Source of the DNA: Candidatus Saccharimonadales bacterium | Lineage (GTDB): Bacteria > Patescibacteriota > Saccharimonadia > Saccharimonadales > UBA4665 | DNA: 64,000 bases | Assembly: GCA_038230895.1 (NCBI GenBank) | Contig: JBBRMJ010000002.1 | Location: forward strand, 12,531 to 76,530 | Direction of reading: 5' to 3' | In this document: piece by piece, positions 35,874 to 45,800 of the stretch | Position numbering within the stretch: position 1 is the stretch's first letter | Layout: every line of letters begins with the position of its first letter | Made by a program: the position numbers and the translations under genes | Notes under the pieces: model-generated | What the model saw: only the letters and a program-made list of their open reading frames with translations | What the model was told of the DNA's origin: nothing | Database searches by the model: none

Positions 35874-36608
35874 ATGAATCCCTCAGATCCACAAAATCCA
35901 CAAGACCCCTATGCTGCCGCTGGTGTTCGTCAGATTACCGGTGTTAAAAACCCCCTCAATGTCATGCAGCAAGGTGAGCAAATCGTCTGCGAGATTAAGC
36001 GTCATCCCATTGGCATACTAGGAATTTACTTTTTGACCGGGTTTATGCTGCTCATCCTGGCTATCGCCGTCATCGTTGGTCCGCGCTTCCTCAGCGTTGA
36101 CAACCGGAGCCAAGTTACAATGATTGCACTGGCTGCTTACATGTTCTTCGCTGTCCTCTGCCTCGTGTTCGTCTTCATTGCCAACAAGGTTTATTGGGGT
36201 AATAGCTGGATCGTGACGTCTGATAGCATCACGCAAATTACGCAAACCAGCCTGTTCAATAAGCAATCAAGCCAGCTATCCTTGGGCAATCTCGAAGATA
36301 TTACTGCCGAACAGAATGGTATTTTGGCGCATATGTTCAAATATGGTGTCCTGAGGGCCGAAACCGCAGGCGAGCGAAGTAAATTTATGTTTTTGTATTG
36401 CCCGAATCCCAATTTCTACGCCCAACAGGTGCTGGGTGCGAGGGAACGGTTTGAGCAGGGTCGCCGCGAAACTGAAACGCAACCACCATCCCGACCTGAA
36501 GCCAGTTATCCGCAGCCAGGTGTCGGCACACCGTCCCCTGCTGCCCAACCATACTCGCCACAAGCCCAAGGGCCTCCATACAACATGCCACCAGCAAGTG
36601 GGGCTTAG
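35874..36608 (+). CDS. Membrane protein with bacterial PH (bPH_2/YdbS-YdbT-like) domain and Pro-rich C-terminal tail
   Basis: EQIVCEIKRHPIGILGIYF, then two TM helices, then WIVTSDSITQITQTSLFNKQSSQLSLGNLEDI (bPH pattern). The C-terminus is P/Q-rich low complexity. Confidence 0.6.
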   Translation: MNPSDPQNPQDPYAAAGVRQITGVKNPLNVMQQGEQIVCEIKRHPIGILGIYFLTGFMLLILAIAVIVGPRFLSVDNRSQVTMIALAAYMFFAVLCLVFVFIANKVYWGNSWIVTSDSITQITQTSLFNKQSSQLSLGNLEDITAEQNGILAHMFKYGVLRAETAGERSKFMFLYCPNPNFYAQQVLGARERFEQGRRETETQPPSRPEASYPQPGVGTPSPAAQPYSPQAQGPPYNMPPASGA

Positions 36609-36634
36609 TAACTCGATACCAATAGTGGGATTGG

Positions 36635-36943
36635 CTATTCTTGGAATGGATTGTTGCGAGCTTGATTGAATAAGGCTTTGACGGTCACACTGTTGTCTTG
36701 TAGTGATTGCAACTGTTGGACAACCTTTTGGTCGATGTGTGGGATGGCGGCCGCCTGAACCTGACTGTCGATAGATGTCTGTGACGGTTGGGCATTACCC
36801 AAACTGTTAACGCGGAGCAGTAGAAAGCCGTAGAGCACTGCAACGAATAGTATAAAGATCACTAAACTATAGCGACGTAGCACAGCAAGCCGTGCAGCGA
36901 GTTTATCGATCAGTAGTCGGGGGTTTAACTTCTGTTTATTCAT
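36635..36943 (-). CDS. Small single-TM protein, last gene of the pilMNO operon (PilP-position protein, unknown family)
   Basis: 102 aa with the TM segment YSLVIFILFVAVLYGFLLL. Its ATG overlaps the pilO stop by 4 nt. Confidence 0.5.
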   Translation of the reverse strand: MNKQKLNPRLLIDKLAARLAVLRRYSLVIFILFVAVLYGFLLLRVNSLGNAQPSQTSIDSQVQAAAIPHIDQKVVQQLQSLQDNSVTVKALFNQARNNPFQE

Positions 36944-37593
36944 GGTTTGATGTACTCGTTAAGCCCGAGTGTAAATGATAGCAAGTTACGGTTGTTTGTA
37001 GATGGTTCAAGGGTGATTGTACTAACTTGAGCCGTTCGACGATTGTGCTCCAGGGCAGCGAGGAAACTAATGAATTTGTCGTAGGCTACTGGCTTGTTGG
37101 AGTCGCCAACCACGGTAATGGGTAGTTGATAGACACCGGTAATGTTTTTGACGGGCTGTAATTGCGACAGCGAACCAGCACTACTGGATTTCGTAGTCGG
37201 ACTCTGTGTCGTCGTAGGCGTCGCACTAGCCGGAATGGGTGTGCCCGTAGCCGTATTACCCAGGGTTGATGCCGGGAAGCTGATAGCCGCTAGACTTACG
37301 CCATACTGGGCTGCGATATTGACGATCTCGCGCACTGCCTCAGCCTGATCCTTATCTTGTGGCACGACGGAATGAGCCACCGCTTCCAAGCTGGCATATT
37401 TAGTAAGGTCATCCTTGGCCTTGTTGAGCGTCAATTGCTCTTGTGAGAGAGCAGCACTTTTGGCTTTAAGGATAGTAAGTTTGGCGGCCTCGCTACTGAG
37501 AATATTATTAGCTCCAAAGGTGCCAGCGACCAAGCCTATAAATAGTAGCCCGATTACGCCGATTAACAAGAAGTACAGACGTTTGCTAGTCAT
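36940..37593 (-). CDS. pilO: Type IV pilus assembly protein PilO
   Basis: N-terminal TM segment, then a coiled coil (LKAKSAALSQEQLTLNKAKDDL), then a ferredoxin-like C-terminal part. Its position after pilN is consistent. It contains a T/P/S-rich insert. 217 aa. Confidence 0.65.
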   Translation of the reverse strand: MTSKRLYFLLIGVIGLLFIGLVAGTFGANNILSSEAAKLTILKAKSAALSQEQLTLNKAKDDLTKYASLEAVAHSVVPQDKDQAEAVREIVNIAAQYGVSLAAISFPASTLGNTATGTPIPASATPTTTQSPTTKSSSAGSLSQLQPVKNITGVYQLPITVVGDSNKPVAYDKFISFLAALEHNRRTAQVSTITLEPSTNNRNLLSFTLGLNEYIKP

Positions 37594-38186
37594 GGTGTCA
37601 CCTTGCTGTTGACGAAGAGGAAAGGATTGTTGGTGGCAAATAAGGCGCGTAGATTAACTGTACAGGGATAATTTGGGTTCGTGGCACTGACGTTGCCGCA
37701 GGTGATACTGACAATATCAGCCTTACTGAAGATTTTGTTAGTGGGGTCAGCTAAATTGACCTGCACCTGAGTGGCTGTGTTGTAATCAGTGGCGATGGCC
37801 GAGATATCGAGTGCCCCTTGGGTTTGATTGATGTTTAAGCCGGTCAAGTTGGCACTGGTTGGGATGGTGGCTGCCACTTGTTTGAGAAGTTGGGAGAAGA
37901 GGACTTCTTGGTTTAGAACTTTGACGACTAATTTGAAGCTATTACTGATGTCTTGGACTTTGGCTTGGGTTTGTGCAAACTGTTCCTTCTTGAATAGTGC
38001 TTGAGTAGCCGCAATATCTTTATTGTAGTGATTGGTTGATTGATGGAGCGTCAGCAGCCCAAAGGTGGCGATTACTCCCAGTCCAACAAACGCGATGACC
38101 ACGCTTATCACCCAGCGTCGCAGCAGCACATTGCGTCGTGCATAGCGATAGCTGTCCTTGACAGTGGGGGGCAATAAATTGATCAT
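37590..38186 (-). CDS. pilN: Type IV pilus assembly protein PilN
   Basis: The MINLLPP start is characteristic of PilN. A single TM segment follows, then a periplasmic-type domain. It overlaps pilM and pilO by 4 nt each. Confidence 0.75.
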   Translation of the reverse strand: MINLLPPTVKDSYRYARRNVLLRRWVISVVIAFVGLGVIATFGLLTLHQSTNHYNKDIAATQALFKKEQFAQTQAKVQDISNSFKLVVKVLNQEVLFSQLLKQVAATIPTSANLTGLNINQTQGALDISAIATDYNTATQVQVNLADPTNKIFSKADIVSITCGNVSATNPNYPCTVNLRALFATNNPFLFVNSKVTP

Positions 38187-39268
38187 GGCGTGAACACCTC
38201 TTTGGGATGAGCAAGACTCAAGCCAGCGACAGTAGCATACATGGGTTTATCGGCGTCAGACGGTGGCTGTAGGCCTTTGAAGTTCAAATATTGCCATGGG
38301 TCAGAGTGACGTACCGGCATACGCATGGCTTCAGTCATATATTCACTGAGACCGGGCATATTGGCGCCACCACCGAGGGTGATAATCTGGCCGATCGGCC
38401 TGTCGTCACCATATCGCTCTTCGTAGTAGCGCATCATTCGACGAATTTCGCGCAAAATCTGTTGCAGTGTGGGCTCGAGAGCCTGCTTAATGTCGGCCTG
38501 CTTTTTACTTAGACCTAAACCGTAACGAGTTTTGATCAGACCGGCTTCTTGGGGGGTGATGCCCATTTTGGTTTTGATGGATTCGGTGAAATTCTCGCCA
38601 CCGCCCTGAACGGTACCAGTCACCAGCATATGTTTGTCAAAGATGCTGATGTCCGATGACAGAGAGCCAAAGTCAATCAGGAAGGTTGCCAGGTCACTCT
38701 GATCATCTAGGGAGAAGAGGCGTCCGGATGAACTCAGTGTCGGCTCGATAAGTACAGTTTCCAGCCCGAGGATTTCAGCCAACTCCAGATAGGAATCAAC
38801 TATTGTCTTGGGCACTGCTACGACGAATAGCTCGGTTGAATCCTCGGTTTGTTTGATGATCTCGTAATCGAGATAGAGGTCTTCCAACGGCATAGATATA
38901 TACTGTTCAGCCTCCAGCTCTACGGCTTCACGGAGCTGATTCGGCTTCAGTTTCGGTAATTTGAGTGACCGAGTGAAGGTTCTATAAGCTGGTATAGCGA
39001 TTGCCACCCGCTGGGTGGTAATATCACCAATCAAATGGTGCTTGAACAGATCAAGGGCTGCTTTGGCGATAACCTCTGGTTTGATGACGACACCGTCTTC
39101 CTGGGCGCTCTTGTCGAAAGTAGTGAAGCCGTAGCCGATGATTTTGCGTGGATGTTTGTGGTCACCACTAGATTCACTGAGCTGCATGACTTTCAAGGAG
39201 CCATGACCAATATCGAGCCCGAATAGGGGCTTATCGTGCAAGAAGTAAGAAATTTTTGTCGTTTTCAT
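38183..39268 (-). CDS. pilM: Type IV pilus assembly ATPase-fold protein PilM
   Basis: Actin-like fold motifs LFGLDIGHGSLKVMQL and LIDFGSLSSDISIF, ITLGGGANMPGL. 361 aa. Confidence 0.85.
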   Translation of the reverse strand: MKTTKISYFLHDKPLFGLDIGHGSLKVMQLSESSGDHKHPRKIIGYGFTTFDKSAQEDGVVIKPEVIAKAALDLFKHHLIGDITTQRVAIAIPAYRTFTRSLKLPKLKPNQLREAVELEAEQYISMPLEDLYLDYEIIKQTEDSTELFVVAVPKTIVDSYLELAEILGLETVLIEPTLSSSGRLFSLDDQSDLATFLIDFGSLSSDISIFDKHMLVTGTVQGGGENFTESIKTKMGITPQEAGLIKTRYGLGLSKKQADIKQALEPTLQQILREIRRMMRYYEERYGDDRPIGQIITLGGGANMPGLSEYMTEAMRMPVRHSDPWQYLNFKGLQPPSDADKPMYATVAGLSLAHPKEVFTP

Positions 39269-39404
39269 CTAGGCTGCCCATCAAAAGCATAAGCTCATTT
39301 CTTTTAGTATACCAGATGAGACTGCGGGTTTATTCAAGAGTCGACATTGATTGTCCGCGGAAGACAAGAAAACCGTTATGCTTTCCTATATAATTATAGC
39401 TAAG

Positions 39405-40973
39405 ATGAAGCGACAAGAGGGTGGCTATACGCTGGTGGAGTTATTGCTAACGTTGGTGGTATTGGCTGTGTTGGCGCTGGGAGCCTTTGATTTATTCACT
39501 TCACTACTACATAGCGCTATAGTAGCCCAGCGTGAGGCTGCAGCTTCAACCTTGGCTACAAACCAAATGGAATACTTAAAATCTTTGCCATACGATAAGC
39601 TGGCAGTGGCAGGCGGCGCCATCGTATCCACGACTACTATCCCAGCCAGTTTCACGAAGAAAATCGAAGGCGTGACTTATACCGTGACTACGGGAATCAC
39701 GTATGTCGACAATGCATATGATGGCTGTGGCTCCTACCCGACTCTGGCATTGAAGCAGAAATATTGTCGTGACTACCCAGCACCCAGTGGTGCTCCGGCG
39801 ACAGACAACAATGCTGGTGATTACAAGGACATGACCGTTACTGTTACAGACAAGTCTGGGTTGCGCTTGGCAACAGTTGATAGCCATGCAGCGGCGTTGG
39901 TAGCCGAGACAGCCAGTAATACCGGCGCCTTGTTCGTCTACGTGGTAGATAGTAGCGGCAATCCAGTGGTTGGCGCGACAGTCATAGCCACTAATAGTAC
40001 GACCACGCCGACGGTCAATGTCACTGATACGTCTGACTCAAATGGCATTGTTATCTTTTATGATTTACCACCCAGTAGCAGCGGTAATAAGTATGTTATT
40101 GCTGCATCCAATAGCGGTTATTCAAGCTTGACAACGATTGCGCCAACTGGCAGTTTACAGCCAACTTATTCGAGCCAGAACCTGATTGCCCAGAGCTCAT
40201 CTTATATAACGCTCACATTGAAGCCGCAGGGTACGAATAGCTTGGTAATAGAGACAGTGGGTACCACTGGCACTGCGCTTCCAGGTGCCAAAATTTATGT
40301 GAAAGGCGGCTATAAGAAGTACACCCTGAGCACTGATACAACTTATTATTACGATACACTGAGCCCATCGGACATTAGACCGACTACAGACGGCAATGGT
40401 CTAGCGGCGCGAACGAACTTAGTGCCAGGTAATTATGTGTTCTGTGGTGATTTGGGCGCTACTAGTTGTTCAGTCGGTGGCACGACCTATTATCTCGCAG
40501 CAGCAGTACCATACGGCGGCAGTAATCCCTTGCAACCTATCATGGTGCCAATCTACGATCCCGCCAATCCACCTAGCACGACGTATAGCTATAACAGCGT
40601 CAATTATCTGCAAAAAGTCCGTCTAATTTTGACCACGAATGCGAGCTTCCCACGCGTTAGTCAACTTTCTCCGAGCGATGTCAGTCTCAGTACCAGTAAT
40701 CTAGCTAACTTTGCTTTCAATATCACGGGTGTCAATGTCCCATGTAGCGCCACAGCAGCAAGTTGCGCTACCATAGTACGCTTCACTGAAGGTGCCAATA
40801 CCTACACGGCTGTCTGTACCGGCACCAACACCAATAACCAGCAGCAACTCAGCTGCACGGTTAATTTGACCGGTCTAGTCGCTGGAACTACACAACTGAT
40901 TGTGAACGTCGGAGCCAATACCCTCACTATGCCCGCATCTCCATTATTAGGAGGTCTCATTGTCACACCGTAA
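39405..40973 (+). CDS. Very large pilin-like protein (prepilin N-terminus plus ~490 aa beta-rich extension with carboxypeptidase-regulatory-like segments)
   Basis: MKRQEGG/YTLVELLLTLVVLAVLALGAF is a class III signal (G-1, E+5). VYVVDSSGNPVVGATVIATNS resembles the CarboxypepD_reg fold. The track start at 39351 is upstream; the ATG at 39405 gives a normal short leader. Confidence 0.75.
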   Translation: MKRQEGGYTLVELLLTLVVLAVLALGAFDLFTSLLHSAIVAQREAAASTLATNQMEYLKSLPYDKLAVAGGAIVSTTTIPASFTKKIEGVTYTVTTGITYVDNAYDGCGSYPTLALKQKYCRDYPAPSGAPATDNNAGDYKDMTVTVTDKSGLRLATVDSHAAALVAETASNTGALFVYVVDSSGNPVVGATVIATNSTTTPTVNVTDTSDSNGIVIFYDLPPSSSGNKYVIAASNSGYSSLTTIAPTGSLQPTYSSQNLIAQSSSYITLTLKPQGTNSLVIETVGTTGTALPGAKIYVKGGYKKYTLSTDTTYYYDTLSPSDIRPTTDGNGLAARTNLVPGNYVFCGDLGATSCSVGGTTYYLAAAVPYGGSNPLQPIMVPIYDPANPPSTTYSYNSVNYLQKVRLILTTNASFPRVSQLSPSDVSLSTSNLANFAFNITGVNVPCSATAASCATIVRFTEGANTYTAVCTGTNTNNQQQLSCTVNLTGLVAGTTQLIVNVGANTLTMPASPLLGGLIVTP

Positions 40974-41559
40974 GACCTTACAGCATGCCGGCTTTACGCT
41001 ACCGGAGCTGTTGGTAGTTATTAGCCTGGTGGCCATAGTTTTCATTAGTTTCAGCAGCTTCTTTACCAATTATCTATTGCTGTACACCAAGTACCAGACT
41101 GATGCTACTAGTTTTACTGAACTGGCTAACCAATCACAGCGGGTTGCTAATGTGCTTCGTGGGCTGACTGACATTACTGCCGAATCCAGTAATAGCATTA
41201 CCGCCTTCGCCTACTTCTCGCCAGTCGATAGCTATGTCTCGCAGGTGAAGTACTATCTGAGCGGCACTGGCAAAGCGGTTATGGTTGACGTTACACCCAT
41301 GACGGCTAATCCACCGACTGGGGCGCTTATTCCTGCCAGCAAGAAGACATACACTATCATCACTAACTTTTACCAGCCGTCGGGAGGTAACTTATTCAAC
41401 TACTATGATGTCTCCGGGACGCTGTTGACGCTGCCGATAGCTGACGAGCATAGTATTTTAGAGATTCAAATCAATCTAGCTGAACCCGGCACTCATACCA
41501 AGAATGGCCAGACCCTAAGCATCACCGTTAGTTTACGTAACCGAAAGACCAATTTATGA
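40960..41559 (+). CDS. Minor pilin / pseudopilin
   Basis: MSHRKTLQHAG/FTLPELLVVISLVAIVF is a prepilin cleavage/methylation motif. 199 aa. It overlaps the upstream gene by 14 nt. Confidence 0.8.
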   Translation: MSHRKTLQHAGFTLPELLVVISLVAIVFISFSSFFTNYLLLYTKYQTDATSFTELANQSQRVANVLRGLTDITAESSNSITAFAYFSPVDSYVSQVKYYLSGTGKAVMVDVTPMTANPPTGALIPASKKTYTIITNFYQPSGGNLFNYYDVSGTLLTLPIADEHSILEIQINLAEPGTHTKNGQTLSITVSLRNRKTNL

Positions 41560-43124
41560 TACCCGCCTTACTTGCAATTATTATCGCCTTCGCCATTATG
41601 GGCTCGGCCATTGTTGAAGTTACCTTGACCAATTTCTCCATCGTTAGTAATGTGGTCAAAACTCAGCAAGCATTCAATATTGCCGAGGCTGGCTTGAACT
41701 ACTATCTATGGCATCTCAACCACAATAACAGTGACTACAAGGATGGCGGTACGACACCGACAACCCCTGATGCTACCCTTGGCTATGGCCCCTACACGCA
41801 CAACTATATCGACAGTAATGGTATCACCCAGGGCACCTATACCCTCTGGATTAAGCCGGCCTCCGTTGGATCTACCATCGTGACGGTACGCTCCATAGGT
41901 ATTGCCGCTGGCAATAACACCAAACGTACTGTCCAGGCCCAAATTGGCTCACCGTCATTCGCTAGTTACGCCGTCGCCTCTGACTCGGCGCTTTGGTTTG
42001 GCAATACTGAAACGGCCGATGGCCCTGTTACCTCCAATCAGGGTGTGCGGATGGATGGCGCCAGTAACTCCACGGTAAGTAGCGCCAACATTACATATGT
42101 TCCATCGGCATCAGTTGGTGGAGATGACTCAACCAGCCATTCTGGAGTGTGGTGTGATTCGACGGTGACAACGCCTGTTAACTGTAATACGCGCTCCAAA
42201 AGTGCCTGGATCTACCCGGTACCCCAGCTTGACTTTAATCAAGTGTCAAATAGCTTGTGTACCATGAAAAAGGTGGCTTTCTTGAACGACCCCAGTACCA
42301 CGGCACTGGCTGGCCAAGCCAACGCCTGCACCCAGACGCCAGCTACTCGAACCCCTGCCTATATACCGCAGCTTGCCGTCAGCTTCAGTGCCACTAAAGG
42401 TTATCTCATAAAGCTCAACACCAACGGCACCTATGACCTCCTAAAAGTGAATAGTGAGGATGATCGACTGACGCCATATACTAGTGCGCTTGGTACCACG
42501 GCAGTGGCGACAGGCATCGCCGTGCCTTCGTCTGGTGTCATCTTCGTAGAGGATAATGTTTGGGTACTCAGCAACCCAACCTTTCATGGACGTGTCACGA
42601 TCGCTTCAGGGCGCTTAGCCACGGCCAATAGCACTGATATTGTCATCTCAGGACCGCTCGTTTATACCACTAAGAACGGTACAGATGCTGTCGGCCTCGT
42701 TGCCGAACAGTCAGTTTTCATCGCCCCATACGCGCCACCGGCCAGTGGTGCTTTCAACTTCGAAGTCGACGGTGCGTTACTGGCCGAAAATGGTAATGTA
42801 CAGTTCGGTGAGAATGGTGATGCAGCTTCTAACAAAGCTAGCTATCGAAGCTCGACTTCCAATTGCGCCCGAGGCTGGGTGAATAGTAATCAAACCATGA
42901 GCTTCTACGGTTCAATTGCCACTCGTTTAACCTGGACCTGGACTTGGTTAGTGGGCGGGGCCTGTGGTAACGCTGCCTTCGATCCGGTCAACGGTTGGAT
43001 TACTGGCATCGAAAATAACAGCACCCAATATGATTACAACCTAGAATACGCCCCACCACCCAGCTATCCACTAACCGCAGGCTACAACATCCTCTCCTGG
43101 CGCGAAATATTGACTCACCCTTAG
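41556..43124 (+). CDS. PilX-like pilus-associated protein (N-terminal PilX_N-type helix, large C-terminal domain)
   Basis: The hydrophobic N-terminus ALLAIIIAFAIMGSAIVEV is followed by QQAFNIAEAGLNYYLWHL (PilX_N-like AF..AEAGL). 522 aa. ATGA overlap with the upstream pilin gene. Confidence 0.6.
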   Translation: MIPALLAIIIAFAIMGSAIVEVTLTNFSIVSNVVKTQQAFNIAEAGLNYYLWHLNHNNSDYKDGGTTPTTPDATLGYGPYTHNYIDSNGITQGTYTLWIKPASVGSTIVTVRSIGIAAGNNTKRTVQAQIGSPSFASYAVASDSALWFGNTETADGPVTSNQGVRMDGASNSTVSSANITYVPSASVGGDDSTSHSGVWCDSTVTTPVNCNTRSKSAWIYPVPQLDFNQVSNSLCTMKKVAFLNDPSTTALAGQANACTQTPATRTPAYIPQLAVSFSATKGYLIKLNTNGTYDLLKVNSEDDRLTPYTSALGTTAVATGIAVPSSGVIFVEDNVWVLSNPTFHGRVTIASGRLATANSTDIVISGPLVYTTKNGTDAVGLVAEQSVFIAPYAPPASGAFNFEVDGALLAENGNVQFGENGDAASNKASYRSSTSNCARGWVNSNQTMSFYGSIATRLTWTWTWLVGGACGNAAFDPVNGWITGIENNSTQYDYNLEYAPPPSYPLTAGYNILSWREILTHP

Positions 43125-43879
43125 GTAGGCCGTAGTTTTATAAGAGTGCCTGTGAAGTTTTCGACCACAGCATTAATTCCGAAGGGTCGTAGGCGTTTCA
43201 TTACTGTGCCATCAGAGATTGCCCACGTATCGACAAATAGTTTGGCAGCGTGACATTGGCGAACCACCTTGGGTGATATGAATTCATAGCCTAAACTGAC
43301 GCCACTCGCCTCGGCATCGTGAGCCAAGTTAACTATTTGCTCACCCGTAAAGCCGCCATTGATAATAGCGGCAGTCGTCACAGCGGGACAATCTCTAGTA
43401 AACATTTTTAGTGCTTCATACCAAAAAGAGTGCACTTCAATGAGTTTTCGATAACGTGGCGGGATTTTATTCAGGAACGAAGCAAGGGCCGTTGCAGTTT
43501 TCAACGCATGCAAATGGGTATCTGCCTTAAGCTCTATGATCAATTTTCGCTTTGATTTTACCACGACTTCATAGAATACCGCTTGTAATGATGGAATATG
43601 CTCGATACCTCCAATCGATAACTTACTTATTTTAGATTGTTCAAGCTGGCTGACCCAGCCAACACCATCGGTAGTACGATCAACAGTTTCATCATGGATG
43701 ACGACAAGATGGCCATCCTTGGTGAGCTGCACATCACACTCCAAAGCGCGGAAACCTTTCCTGACAGCTAGCTTGAAAGCAGTCAGCGTATTCTCCGGGG
43801 CTATCAACTGCGCTCCGCGATGTGCAATCATAACTGTATTCATTGCACCATCATAGCAAACCAAATGAAAAGCCCCCAT
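43121..43879 (-). CDS. glpQ: Glycerophosphodiester phosphodiesterase (GlpQ/UgpQ family)
   Basis: MIAHRGA...PENT, ECDVQLTKDGHLVVIHDETVDRTT. The true start is probably the internal ATG at 43843 (MNTVMIAHRG), because 43879 lies inside the pilA terminator hairpin. Confidence 0.85.
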   Translation of the reverse strand: MGAFHLVCYDGAMNTVMIAHRGAQLIAPENTLTAFKLAVRKGFRALECDVQLTKDGHLVVIHDETVDRTTDGVGWVSQLEQSKISKLSIGGIEHIPSLQAVFYEVVVKSKRKLIIELKADTHLHALKTATALASFLNKIPPRYRKLIEVHSFWYEALKMFTRDCPAVTTAAIINGGFTGEQIVNLAHDAEASGVSLGYEFISPKVVRQCHAAKLFVDTWAISDGTVMKRLRPFGINAVVENFTGTLIKLRPT

Positions 43880-43890
43880 TGCTGGGGGCT
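43862..43890 (-). terminator. Candidate intrinsic terminator after pilA
   Basis: Minus strand reads AGCCCCC-AGCAAT-GGGGGCT followed by TTTCATTT, starting 24 nt downstream of the pilA stop. Confidence 0.55.
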
Positions 43891-43914
43891 AATCGACGAG
43901 TCGAATAGTGGAGA

Positions 43915-44385
43915 CTAGTCGAGATTTGACTTAACGTAAGTCGCTGAGCCGTTGACGGAACCTTCGTAGGTTGCTGTCAGGGTGTACTTGGCACAGTTCG
44001 TGTCGGTTGCTTCACAGCTGGCACCGGCGCTGTCAGTCACTGCGTAAGCGTATGACTTAGCTGCTGGGGCTGCCAGTAGTGTCTTGCTTGCAGTTGGGTT
44101 CGATGGATCAGTCAATGCTGTCTGGTCCAAACTCTTCATGTTGGCTGTCAGCCAGGCAGCACCATTCATATCCGTTAATGATGGGTAATAGCCATTCTGA
44201 CTAAAGAAGGCTTCCAGCTGCGTCTGCAGTGAAGCGACATCTGATTGCCGTTTGCTGTTACGTGCTTTTGCTTGAATGCCACTGTAGGTTGTAATGACGA
44301 GTAACGCCAAAATACCGATGACCACGATGACGATTAGGAGCTCGACGATCGTGAAACCTTGATTACGTTTTTTGAGAGAGATCAT
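43915..44385 (-). CDS. pilA: Major type IV pilin
   Basis: MISLKKRNQG/FTIVELLIVIVVIGILALLVITTY is a canonical class III signal, followed by a 156 aa pilin with C-terminal Cys residues. It has its own strong promoter and terminator. Confidence 0.9.
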   Translation of the reverse strand: MISLKKRNQGFTIVELLIVIVVIGILALLVITTYSGIQAKARNSKRQSDVASLQTQLEAFFSQNGYYPSLTDMNGAAWLTANMKSLDQTALTDPSNPTASKTLLAAPAAKSYAYAVTDSAGASCEATDTNCAKYTLTATYEGSVNGSATYVKSNLD

Positions 44386-44479
44386 TTAAGGGCCCACCCT
44401 TCTAAAATATTTATAGTTTTAATGCTTTATGATCTTTGAAGTCGAACAGACTACTATTCGCTACAACTATCTGAGTATG

Positions 44480-44507
44480 ATTATAACCATAAGCGCTCTC
44501 TAGTCAA
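44480..44507 (-). promoter_or_regulatory. Candidate sigma70-type promoter of pilA
   Basis: Minus strand: TTGACT (44507-44502), a 16 nt spacer, then TATAAT (44485-44480). This leaves a leader of about 90 nt with the SD AAGGGTGG before the ATG. Confidence 0.6.
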
Positions 44508-44528
44508 CACTTTTGTGGATAAGTCTAG

Positions 44529-45797
44529 CTAGCTGTTGCCGATATTTTTGGATAGATTAGCAATTGGGCCCATGACTGAAGCAGCAATCAGGCCCACGCC
44601 AGCACCCAGAATAATAATCATGATTGGCTCGATGATAGCGGCTAGACCATCGATTAACACCGTCACTTCCTCCTCATAGAAGTCGGCGATCTTGACTAGA
44701 ACGGTATCAATTTGGCCAGTTTCCTCACCAACCATCAACATCTGCGCCACAATCGGCGGGAAATGTTTGCTCTGACTGATAGGCTCGCTGAGCTGCTTAC
44801 CATTTTTGACTTCTTTAGCAGCATCAATCAGCTCTTGCTCGATGACCTTATTGCCGATAGCTGCTCCAGTCACTTCCAACGCATCAAGCACACTCACTCC
44901 AGAAGTCATCAGCGATGCGAAGGTGCGAGAGAAACGAGCAATCGCGACTTTGACGATGACCGTTTTGACAATCGGTATGCGTAATAACAGGTCGTGGAAA
45001 CGGTATTTACCGGTTGGCGTCTTGATATAGCGTAAGACGTAAATCCCGGCCACCGCCGCCACTGCTAGGATGAAGATTAAATTCGGAATCTTGTTGATAA
45101 TCGGAATCGGTAAAACACCTGCGATAGTTGGCTTCACGCAGAAGTTACTAATATTGAGCAGGATTTGGGTATAAATTGGCAGTTTGGCATTTGGCCCGCC
45201 CAGGCTGAGTAAAATTCCACCTAACTTCGGTACGATAAACAGCATGACACCAAAGAAGGCAATCACGGTAATGCTCATGATCACCACCGGATAGGCCATG
45301 GCGCTCTTGATTTTTTTACGAATCGAAGCGTCCTGTTCCACTTGCGTCGCCAGGCGTTTCAGAATGTCGTCGAGGATACCACCTTCTTCGCCGGCCCGAA
45401 CCATGTTGACGTAGACATCAGAGAAAACATTGGGGAATTTGGCGAAGGCGTCGCCCAGCGGTATGCCACTTTCGACATCTTTGGTGATGCTTCCGAGCAC
45501 ATCACGCATATAGGGACTTTCGGAATCATCTTGGAGCGCAGCCAGCGACCGGGCCAGTGGCACACCGGCCGATATCATTGTCGATAGTTGGCGGGTGAAA
45601 ATCACCAAATCCTGTAATTTGACCTTTTTCTTGGGGCCGAACAGACCGCCCTTTTTCTTACTGGCACCGGCTTCGATTAAGACCGGATGTACCTCTTGTT
45701 TGCGTAGCATGGCAATCAAGGCTTGGCGGTTGGCTGCCTCAGCGGTACCGGAGATGGTTTTGCCGTCCTTAGTCGTAGCTTTGTAAGAAAATTGCAT
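44529..45797 (-). CDS. pilC: Type IV pilus platform protein PilC (GspF family)
   Basis: 422 aa with two GspF repeats (FTRQLSTMISAGVPL.. and FSRTFASLMTSGVSVL..) and three TM regions. Confidence 0.92.
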   Translation of the reverse strand: MQFSYKATTKDGKTISGTAEAANRQALIAMLRKQEVHPVLIEAGASKKKGGLFGPKKKVKLQDLVIFTRQLSTMISAGVPLARSLAALQDDSESPYMRDVLGSITKDVESGIPLGDAFAKFPNVFSDVYVNMVRAGEEGGILDDILKRLATQVEQDASIRKKIKSAMAYPVVIMSITVIAFFGVMLFIVPKLGGILLSLGGPNAKLPIYTQILLNISNFCVKPTIAGVLPIPIINKIPNLIFILAVAAVAGIYVLRYIKTPTGKYRFHDLLLRIPIVKTVIVKVAIARFSRTFASLMTSGVSVLDALEVTGAAIGNKVIEQELIDAAKEVKNGKQLSEPISQSKHFPPIVAQMLMVGEETGQIDTVLVKIADFYEEEVTVLIDGLAAIIEPIMIIILGAGVGLIAASVMGPIANLSKNIGNS

Positions 45798-45800
45798 AGC

